Positions 22,521 to 31,784 of a stretch of 38,393 bases of DNA are shown one piece after another. Source of the DNA: Fonticula alba ATCC 38817 (lineage: Eukaryota > Protista > Nucleariida). Numbering within the stretch: the stretch's first letter is position 1; each line of letters opens with the position of its first letter. The DNA lies in NCBI GenBank assembly GCA_000388065.2, contig KB932209.1; one strand, written 5' to 3'. The position numbers were made by a program, and so were the translations under genes. Below the pieces are notes generated by a model that was not told where the DNA came from, did no database searches, and was given only the letters and a program-made list of their open reading frames with translations.

Positions 22521-24056
22521 CTAGGTGCATCGATCGCGAGCCGCGTGGAGGAGTTGCTCCTCCAGCAGCGGGAAGAGATTGTCCACGCCACCGTACCCGG
22601 GGAAGTAGTTCAGATCCACGATGAACATCCGGTCAGTGCCCTCCTCGAAAACAATGTCCACACCGAAAAGGGACACGCCCTACAGGGGGGGGGGGGAGCG
22701 GCGGGAAGCGGGCAGCCACGCAGATCAGCATCAAGTACACGGGTGAAAGGCACGGATTTCCCACATGCCAGGCGGAAACGACGAGCACATGCGCGTACCA
22801 TCTCGGCCGCCAAGTAGGCCACGGTTTGCTCGACGCGGGCCTGCTGCTCCGGGGTCAGGGCCACCACGACGCCCGGGTCCAGGGGGACCGTCTCCCGGGA
22901 AAGGCGCTGCGAATCCAGGTGCAGAATCGGCTCTCGAGCCAGGGGCGACCCGGCCGAGGCCAGGTCCACCGACGGCCGGGGGACAATGCTGGCCACGGCC
23001 CCGGCCACAGCGTACGCCTTCCACAGGAGGGCCGGCTGGTGGGGGACACCCAGTTGGAGGGTGCGTTGGCCATCGTCCTCGGCCGTCAGGGTGAACTCCT
23101 CCGAGAGCCAGGCCCCGGGCTGGGCATCCGCAACCGCGCCGGCACGGAAGATGGACAGCCGATGGGAGGCCGGCGTCGAGCAGGCGTCACGCGACTTGAG
23201 GACTGGATCGGAGGGGAGAGCCGGGGGGGGGGGGGGGGATGGTCAGCGGTCATTTACAAATGCAAGGCCGAGGCAGAGGGGAGGGGGAGAGAGCGGGAGA
23301 GCATGTCGGAGAGACGGCCGCAATGGCCGCTGGGGCGCACAGTAGGCGGAGTCATCAGAAGTGGCGCTCTGGGCGACTGTGGTGCGGATGAAGCGCCCGA
23401 GGGCCGCATCATAGGCGGCCCGGCTGGTCAAATCCTCCGGCTCAGGGGCGAAGAGCATCGTTGTGGGGGAGTGGAAGAGGTATTGGCCATTGTGGGAGGC
23501 GGCCCAGCGGCCGGCCAGTGCGGCCAGCGCCTCGCTTGACAGCCACCGATCGGTCAGGATGTGGCACACGTCCAGCGGGTCAACCAGGGCCGGAGGGACG
23601 GCCCCGGGAGGGGGGTTTTCCAGCAGCTGGCGGAGAGCCTGCAGCCGGGCCACCGCACGGGCCATCTTTCCACGCAGAGCCTCATCGGCCGGCGGGCCGG
23701 CCGACAGTTTGCTCAGCCGGGCGTACACCATCTCCGAGGTGAACTTGTGCAAGATGACATCCAGGTCATTCGGCAGAGCGGCCGGGTTGTCCAAATCCAC
23801 GGGTGTCACCGAGCGGAAGGTCTGTCGATCGCTGCTCCGGGGAGCATGGCAGGAGTCCAGGAGCCCGGGAGGGTGGTGGGGGGATTCCGAGGGAAAGGAT
23901 GGTCAGCAGACCGAGGGGCGAAGGGGGAAAGCACCAGCGGCCGGCGCGAGGACCGGGCACGAACCCGAGATACTGCAGAAACTCCTGCATCCGCTGGCTG
24001 TCCAGCTTCTTCTTGGGGAGGGCATAGCCAAGAGCCGGCTTGTCGGCAGGAGGCAT
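22521..24056 (-). CDS. ITPK1: Inositol-tetrakisphosphate 1-kinase / Ins(1,3,4)P3 5/6-kinase (ATP-grasp)
   Basis: ATG at 24056, 4 exons, TAG at 22523-22521. LGYALPKKK, DVILHK, VDPL..LTDR, FLKSR..SHRL, PH..LWKAY, RPSV, GVSLFGVDIV, VDLNYFPGY all match ITPK1 motifs; metal-binding D, D and N are present. Confidence 0.93.
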
Positions 24057-24565
24057 GGTGAGCGAAGGAGAAGGAAGCAAGGGGGGGGGGGGAGGAGGGG
24101 CTCGAAAAAGGGAGAGGCATGAGCTCCCCCTCCCCGGGATGTCGCAACATGATGTGGTCCCAAATGATGGCAGGCGCGGCGATTCCCCGCCCTAACATAC
24201 TCCTGTCCGTCAGACCAGCGGGCGATCTGTGGTGGGACCGATCAGCTTGGTGTGGGTGTGTGTGAACGTGTGAATCTCTCTGCCTCTCTCTCCCTCCCTC
24301 ACACACATAGACACACACATTCAAGCCCCATATGTTCTAGCCAGCACGTATAGCCTGCTTTGACCGATCCGCGAACCCGACTTCCTGCCCAGTGTGCTGC
24401 CGTGCATCTTCTCCCGCCCGTCTGGCTGCCACTCCCCGCCCCCCCCATCTTGCCATGGCCGTGCTTGGCCGAGGCGAGGGAAGAATCTCAAGGTTCCACC
24501 ACACGCGCCGAGGACCAGGCAGGTCGGAGTCTATTGGTTGGTCACGTGCCCAGGATGCACCTGGC

Positions 24566-24841
24566 TCACTGCCCGTCGCTTGGGGAGGCAGCAGCGGCAG
24601 CAGCGGCATTTTTGCGCGCCGAGAGGAGCTGCTCGCGATCCGGGCCGAAGTCTGGCAGCGGGGGGAGGTCCTGGCCGAGGCCCTGGGACTCCAGCTCGGC
24701 GATTTCCTTCTTCATGGCCTCGATGTGAGCTGGCCGATAGTTGTCGCCAAACTGCCGGAGAGGCGGGTCGAAGATGTAGACGCCGGAGGCAACGCCGACG
24801 ATGGCGGCGACCAGGAGGTTGCCAAGCTGGAAGCCCTTCAT
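24566..24841 (-). CDS. PIGBOS1: PIGBOS1-like single-TM microprotein (91 aa, single coding exon)
   Basis: ATG at 24841, TGA at 24568-24566. MKGFQLGNLLVAAIVGVASGVYIFDPPLRQF resembles human PIGBOS1 (FAQLLFATVLGIAGGVYIFQP..EQY), followed by a charged helical segment. The family assignment is by eye. Confidence 0.72.
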   Translation of the reverse strand: MKGFQLGNLLVAAIVGVASGVYIFDPPLRQFGDNYRPAHIEAMKKEIAELESQGLGQDLPPLPDFGPDREQLLSARKNAAAAAAASPSDGQ

Positions 24842-25448
24842 AGTGGCGGGAGGGGATTGCAGGGGCGCGTGGCGGGGGTGCAAGCCTGCGGGAGGGCACC
24901 AGTTTTGGTGTGGCAAGGGGAGACGTGCCGGATGGGGAGCAGATATGGGTGGTGACGGTGGTGTCAGGCCGAGCCAAAGACAGTGTTCGATCAGTGTCAG
25001 ACAGAAAGAAAGAGCATGGTCCCGGGGAGGGGAAGCGGGATGCAGCATGGCGGGCGTGCGCATGCCGGAAGGGGTGTGTTCAAGCAGTACAGGGCCAGCC
25101 TCACGGAGCGGGAGGGAGGGCCGCGGGGACGCAGGCGTCTGCATGCTGGCTACGGGGGGCACAGGATGACCCTGTGGCAGGCGGCATGTGGTTGGAGATG
25201 CGAGAGGGGGACCCCATCGGGGAGAGGGAGAGAGGCGAAAGGCAAAAAGGTTGGAAGAGACGAACAGGAAAAGCGGAGAAAGGGGTGTCGGTTGCGGGCG
25301 GCGGGGAGGAGGACGAGATCGCGGGTGCGACAAAAATGTCCGCCCCTGTGTGTTTGTTCCTCCGCACGCGCCCCCCCCGCCCCAGGAGCAGGACCAGAAC
25401 AGGCCGGAGTGACGACCGGGCCCGGGGGCCGCGCACGTCCCAATCTCC

Positions 25449-25664
25449 NNNNNNNNNNNNNNNNNNNNNNNNNNNNNNNNNNNNNNNNNNNNNNNNNNNN
25501 NNNNNNNNNNNNNNNNNNNNNNNNNNNNNNNNNNNNNNNNNNNNNNNNNNNNNNNNNNNNNNNNNNNNNNNNNNNNNNNNNNNNNNNNNNNNNNNNNNNN
25601 NNNNNNNNNNNNNNNNNNNNNNNNNNNNNNNNNNNNNNNNNNNNNNNNNNNNNNNNNNNNNNNN
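25449..25664. other. Assembly gap upstream of or within the 5' end of the rhomboid gene
   Basis: N run. Confidence 1.
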
Positions 25665-25772
25665 CCATCCTCGTCTCTCGCCATCCTTGCCCCCCTCCCC
25701 CTCCCGTGAGCTTGTCTCTCGCCTCCCCTGTTACCGCATGCACGCACGCACGCATGCGATGCCTCGCGCAGA

Positions 25773-27898
25773 ATGATCTTCCGCAACTTCCCCCCGCCGC
25801 CTGCCTTCACATGCCTGCTTGTCCTGGCGCTGGGCCTGATCTGGACCTTCGCGCCCCCGGCGACCATCCCAGCCGTCTGCCTTGGTCCGCCCCAGCTGGG
25901 CAAGGGTTTCTGGCGACAAGGTGCGGCCGAGAGGACACCCGGACGTGCCCTTGGCGCCATCTGTGTCCCCTCCTACCCTCTGCCCCCCTCCGGCCGCCCC
26001 TCCTTTCTGGCACCTGGCGCATGGCTAACCTTGCTACATATGGTATTTTCCCCCTGTTTGACATCATCCTTTCCCCCTGACTGGGTCTCTCTTTCGCCTC
26101 GCTGCTTCTGCCTCGCCCTGCCTCTTTGCCTCCTCCTCGATCCCTCTCTCCTTTGCCCCGTGCCCTTCTTCGTTTCTCCCTCTCGTCCTCTGTCCAGTTG
26201 CCAGTATCGCTGTGTCTCCCCTCTTCCATGCTGGAGCACTGCACTTTCTCATGAACAGCCTGGCCGGCGTGTCGGTCCTCGGCCGCATTGAGCGCAAGAT
26301 CGGCTCGTTACCAGCCGCGGGGCTGGTTTTCCTGCTGGTTCTCCCCCTGGTGGGGACCATGCAAACGCTGTTCCTGTGGTTAACCGGCCTTAGTGAGTGT
26401 TCGGTTGGCTTTTCTGGCGCTCTCTTCTGGTGCGACGCCACCTGCGGGGGCCAGTTGGGGCTCTCTGGCCCTGCCATTCAGCCCCCGCGCTTGTTCCTCC
26501 CCCCTCGCCTCCCTTGTGCTCGCGTTTCTCTCCCCCCCCCGCCATGCCCACTGTGCACATCACTGACCGACCGACCGACCGACCGACCGACCGACCGATC
26601 GATTGACCAATCAACCGGCTGCCGGCCTGGCCCACACGTTCGGGCCGACAGCTTCTTCATTCTGGAGCCCCACTTGCAGGCAGCCTCCTCCGAGCCGGCT
26701 CTTCCCCAGCACACCGCCAACTCTCCCGCCACCGGCGTCAGCGCCGGATCAGCCCGGAACAGTGCCGGGCGTGGGGCCAACATCGTGTCCTTCGGCCAGC
26801 TGGCCAGCACTCCCACCACCGACGGAGGCAGCGTTTCTGAAACTCCCTCCGATGCCAGCGCCCCTTGGCCTCCTTTCCCACAGCAGCTCATCCCCTGGCT
26901 GAGCTTGCTCATCTTGCAGGTCCTCCTGCCGCGGGTGTCCTTCTCGTCGCACTTTGCCGGCTTACTGGCCGGGCACCTGCTGGCCGTGTTGCTGGCCCGT
27001 GTGCCACATGCGCTCGAGTGGACCCTCGTCGCTGCCTGGGTGCGGCCGCGTTCTTCCTCGCTTGCTTTGCGGCGGCTCCCCCTTCATCATGGCCCTGGCT
27101 GGCTGTGCCCCCATCATGTTCTTTCCCGGAGACCCCCCCCCCCCCCCCCTCCGCCTCTTCCTGCCCAGCATGTCTCCAATGCCCTGGCGCGGTATTGCCA
27201 CACATCAGCCGGGCCAATGACTCGTGGCCTGGACCAGTTCTTGGATGCTGTTCCGGCCGGTGGCGCTGATCTCCCGCGTCCATCGGTTTCCCTTGCCCCC
27301 ACCATGGAGTACGTTGTTGCCTCTGCCTCTGTCCTGGTGTCTTTGACCAGGGGGGGTTTATCACCACAGATGCTTTTGGCACCGGGCACTGATTTGTCGC
27401 TCCCGCCCTCCTCCTGCCCGGCGGCCCGCCGCTGACCCTCGCTGAAGAACGGTGGTGTGGTTCCGCCATGGATTTAAGACCGCTTATGAGGGTGCGGCGG
27501 CGGCGCTTGGCCGGCCGGCCGCCGCCGCTGCCGCCCCAACCGGCTCGGCCGGTGTGCGCCTTGGCGACCCACCGACGCCCCGGGGCACGAGCCCGTCATT
27601 GATGGCCCAAACCTCGGAGACCATGCGGTCCGCTTGGGCTGCTGCGACCGCGGCCGCAGCACGCACCTGGAAGGACTTCCAGCATTGGCGCCAGGGCCGG
27701 TGGCGGGACCGGCCCACCTCGGAGGAGCGTCGGCCCTTCTCGACGGCCGGCGACGAGAGCGCCTGGCCGTTTGGTGAGGCCGAGGCCCCGGACGATGTGC
27801 CGGGTGCCAGCATGAACACCATCGAAATGGCCTCCCTGGAGGCGGCCATCGGCACGGGGAGCGGCCAAACCCAGCCCTCCTGGCGCATCAGCGACTAG
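25773..27898 (+). CDS. RHBDD1: Rhomboid intramembrane serine protease, RHBDD1/RHBDL4 type
   Basis: FWRQVASIAVSPLFHAGALHFLMN (WR/HxxxxHxxxN), ECSVGFSGALF (catalytic Ser 26413-26415), PW..L..SFSSHFAGLLAG (catalytic His 26950-26952). Predicted introns 25921-26197, 26430-26651, ~27040-27168 and 27309-27447. The start may lie upstream (ATG 25336 or in the gap 25449-25664). Confidence 0.88.
26565..26596 (+). repeat. (GACC)8 tetranucleotide repeat in a rhomboid intron
   Basis: ctgaccgaccgacc...gaccgatc read directly. Confidence 0.95.
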
Positions 27899-28208
27899 TC
27901 CGCTTCTCTTCGTATTTCACTCCCTGCTTCTTCACATACACACAGACACATACACACAGACACATGCAGAGGCGGACCTACCTTGGCCGTTCCTTCGGAT
28001 GCCCAAGTGTGGACCCAAAAAGCAGGAGCAAGCGCAAAGAGGACCAGGAGGGAGAGAGAAAAAGGGAGGAGGCTTCTATTCTCGGTCTTCCTTGGGAGTC
28101 ATGGGAAATGGAGGCAGGTTGGGCATGAAAGCATCGGCACACGGAGCGGGTAAATGGAGGGCAAGGCAGAGGCAGACCAAGGAGGGCGGCATGCTGATAG
28201 CATGGCAG

Positions 28209-28823
28209 TCAGGCCTGCCGCCGGCCTGGGCCCATGAGCAACATCTCTGCCTCCTCGGGGGTGAAGTCCGCCTGCCGGGTGACGGCCTCGGCGTTGAGCT
28301 GGCTTTGGCGGAGGAGATCCGCCCCGACCCGATCGTTGCAAGCTCGAAGGGCTTCAATCTGCGCCAGGCAAGCGCTAACCGCCTTACTCTGGTCGGCCTG
28401 CTGGCTGCTGCACAAGTGCAGTTGGTAGATATACTCCCGACACTGGCCCTTGATAAAAGCGAGCATGGGCTTGCTAGAGGTTGGTGTGTGCGTGTGCGTG
28501 TGCGTGTGCGTGTATATGGGCGGGAGAAAGAGCGGCAGGAGGCTTGTGAGCTGCGAAGAGCCAGACTTAAGGGGAGAAAAAGGAAAAAGAAGTGAAGGGC
28601 ACAGGGGGAAAAAAAGAAGAGGCGCAAAGACCTCGCAAACGGGCAACATGGGACAGACGCACATGCGGGTGTTGCAGTCGTGATGGCTGGTGTGGAGCTC
28701 GGCGCAGGGGCCGCCCTCCTGCGCGGCGTCCGGCCCATGCTGGGCCACGCACTCGCGCAGATGTGTCTCAATGGCTGAGCACTCGCCGACCAGGTGGACA
28801 TAGGCGGAGGGGTTGTCGGCCAT
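28209..28823 (-). CDS. CHCHD5: Mitochondrial intermembrane-space double twin-CX9C protein (CHCHD5/Mix14), 141 aa
   Basis: Exons 28823-28663 and 28473-28209. Four exact CX9C motifs (C-SAIETHLRE-C, C-AELHTSHHD-C, C-REYIYQLHL-C, C-LAQIEALRA-C). The linker KPMLAFIKGQC parallels CHCHD5 HPIIRQIRQAC. Confidence 0.88.
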   Translation of the reverse strand: MADNPSAYVHLVGECSAIETHLRECVAQHGPDAAQEGGPCAELHTSHHDCNTRMCVCPMLPVCEVFAPLLFFPLCPSLLFPFSPLKSGSSQLTSLLPLFLPPIYTHTHTHTHTPTSSKPMLAFIKGQCREYIYQLHLCSSQQADQSKAVSACLAQIEALRACNDRVGADLLRQSQLNAEAVTRQADFTPEEAEMLLMGPGRRQA

Positions 28824-29656
28824 GTTGGGAAAATGCGAGGAGGCGCAGAGATGGGCCCTCGACGATTGTTGTTCAAGTTTGTGTGCGTGGAGGGAGGGAG
28901 AGGAGGATACTGGATCTCCCCCTCGTGCACTCTCGGAGTGAGGGAGGGTGCCTCGACCGCATGCCAGGCCCCCTGCCCCATCGCCGTCCATGTTCGGGCG
29001 GTCAATCGCGAACTGCCCCTTTCTCGGGTCGCTGCCGTGGCAAGGGGACAACCCCGGCGAGCGGATGCCGGAAGGCAGACCCGCGATCTGCCCGTCCGGC
29101 TGACTCTATCACGTGTCGGGCCTGCGTCCGGGCCCGCCCATCGCCCTTGCCATGGACGGCCAAGGCAGGAGCCCGCCGGCAGTTCCCCCGTTCCGCCCGG
29201 CCCGCGGGCGGCGGGAAGAAGGTTGCGGCATCGGGAAGGCCCGGTCTCTGCCGCCCTGGGGGTGTGAGGGCGCCCGTTCCGCGGGGGCCCCGGCCCCGCC
29301 GGGGAAAATGCTCGGGGCCCATTTGCGTGCGAGGTTCGGCCGTGTCGGGCCTTTGGCTAGAGGGTAAGGCTGACAGTCAGATCCCTGTCCGGCCCCGCCG
29401 GCCCCCGGCTCCCTGGCCGTCCCGGTCGCACGCTTTCGGCTCTCATCTGCCGGGGGCCAGGGGGGGGGGGTGGGGGGGGGGGGGGAGGCGGGTCTGGCGC
29501 GCAGGACCGCGAGCCCGATCTACGCGGCGTCCGACACTGAAATGGCCCCGGCCAGCGGGCCGGCCCTTGCATGGGCGGAGGGCACCTCCCCTCCTCTTTC
29601 CCTTCCCTCCCGCCACCTCCCCCTCCTCGCGCCTGGCCTCTGCCTTCTCTTCCATC

Positions 29657-30471
29657 ATGGGTTGTCTTGATGAACTCCGCTCCGGCCAGTTCTCCATCTA
29701 CGGCCAGTGGGTGGCGATTGCAAGCATTGTTCGTGCGTGTCCCCCCTCTCCCCGGCCTGTGGCACCCCCGGCGGCCCCCGGCTGGCTGGTTAACTCTTGA
29801 CACATCGAGCGTCGCACTGACCCCCTCTCTTTGCTTGCCTTTGTACCGCGCGCCCTTCTAGTGCTGTTCATCTTCTCCCTGGTCAACATCATCGGGACGC
29901 TCATCATTTTCGCCATCCTCGGCATTGTCATTTCCATTTTCATGCTTCTCATTGAGATCCCCTTTTTCACTGTCTGCTGCAAGACCCCGCTGATGTGCGT
30001 CCGCGCCGGGCTCGCTTGCCGGCTTTCCCGCGCTCGCCTCCCCGGGCCCCTCTCGCTCACTCTCCGTCATCCCCTCCTCCCTCCCACACACACACACACA
30101 CACACAGCATGAAGTCCACCGCCTTCTTCGACAAGCTCTGGGTCCGCTCGATTCTTTACCTGGCGTGCGTTCTTGGCCATGCATCCCTTCCACCCTTCGC
30201 AGTGCCGTCCGCCCTCCCCTCTTGCGCCCTAACCACCTCCCTTTGTTCGCCGGCACGGCGCAGCTTCGGTGCTCTGATGATGTGCACCGTCGCCATCAAG
30301 GTGTCCACCCTGATTGTTCCAGCCATCACCCTGCTGGCTGCGGCCCTGCTCTACATGACCGCCTTGTGCAAGCGCGAGACCCGCTCGGCCAGCACCCTGA
30401 CCGGCGGCCAGGGCGTTGTCAGCAACTCCTACCAGCCCGAGGGAGCTGCCCCCCAGAACCAGCTGGTGTGA
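29657..30471 (+). CDS. TVP18: Golgi membrane protein Tvp18 (Flower/CACFD1 family), 4 exons
   Basis: ATG at 29657. DELRSGQFSIYGQW, LLIEIPFF..C, WVRSILYL and STLIVPAI..LY match yeast Tvp18. All three introns are GT-AG and in frame. TGA at 30469-30471. Confidence 0.9.
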
Positions 30472-31160
30472 AGAGAGGCTCCCCTATCTCCACCTCCTTC
30501 TCTCTTCCCCTCCCTCCACTCCTTGCCTTTCCCCTCACACAAACGCAAGCGCGCGCGCGCGCACACACACACACACACACGTATGCGCACACAAACAGGC
30601 GGATGCATATGCGAGCCTGAGGCATGCGTGCGCGAATGTGTACGCGAGTGTGTGTGTGTGTGTGGTCGAGTGCTCTCCCGCGCACCCCTCCCCCCTCTCC
30701 ATCGGCGCGGCCCCAAAAAAAGAATACACAAAGCGACAGAGAAACCCGATCGTCGTTCACTTGTTCATTGGCAACTGGGCCCCCACACCATGACAGAATG
30801 ACATTTTCACCGTTGTGGGGATTTGAATTGCGCCCGCCGGCCACCGGCAGCGCCTCCGGCCCGGGCCGCACACAGGCACACGCGCGCACGCGCACAAGCG
30901 CACCCGCACGTCGCCGAGCGGCGGAAGGGGCGGAGAGGAAGCTGCCACGGAGAAGATCTGGCGGCACAGTGCCGGCGTAGGAAACATACCTCTTGTCCAA
31001 CTCGATCCTCAGCCCTCTCCTTCTCTCCCTCCCTTTCCCCCCTCTCTCGCTCTCTCTCTCCATCCCCTTATCTTTCCCTCTCCCCTTCCAATCCCCCTTC
31101 CTATCTTCCCCATCCGTAGACGGGAGTCTCATCCCACACACACACATACACACTTCTGCC

Positions 31161-31753
31161 ATGTCGCGTGGGCGGTTTGGCCAGCAGGGCGGTCGTGGTG
31201 GTGGTAGTGGCGGCGCCCAGAGCTTTGGCGGCGGTGGCCGGAGCTTCGCCGGGCAGCGCGGTCCGCGAGGCGCCTTTGAAGATGATGCCCCTGCCGACGG
31301 TGACCAACGTTTCGACCTCTTCGAAAGTCGCTTCGCCGAGATTGAGAAGTCCGACGCGATCGATGCCAAGTTCGGGTACGTCCGCTTGGAGGATACCGAC
31401 GAGCCGGAGCTCGGCTGGCTTTTAAACATGCATGAGGTGCGCCCCTTTGTCGCCCTTCGCGACCTCTCCCCTGCCATTCCCTTTGGCCGAGCGATTGACA
31501 TGTTGCTGAAAGACCACGGTCCGGGATCCGGACTGGCCATCCGGCCGGTCAGCCGTCGACTTCTACTTCCTCAAGCATGACGGCTCGCGCTTCAAGGCCA
31601 CCCTGACTATGGATCCGTACTTTTACCTGCGCGTGGCGGTGCGTATGGTCTTGGGCATTTTTGTTTGTGTTTTTTCTTTGCCCGAACTTCGCCGCACATG
31701 TTCCCCCTCTTCCTCTCGCGCGGTCCCCAGCCACTCCTTCTCTCGCTCGCTCG

Positions 31754-31784
<31 letters not shown>

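Noticed and set aside
24566-25960. 464-aa minus-strand ORF
   Set aside because: It runs through an N gap and low-complexity sequence; only the last 91 codons, from ATG 24841, look protein-like.
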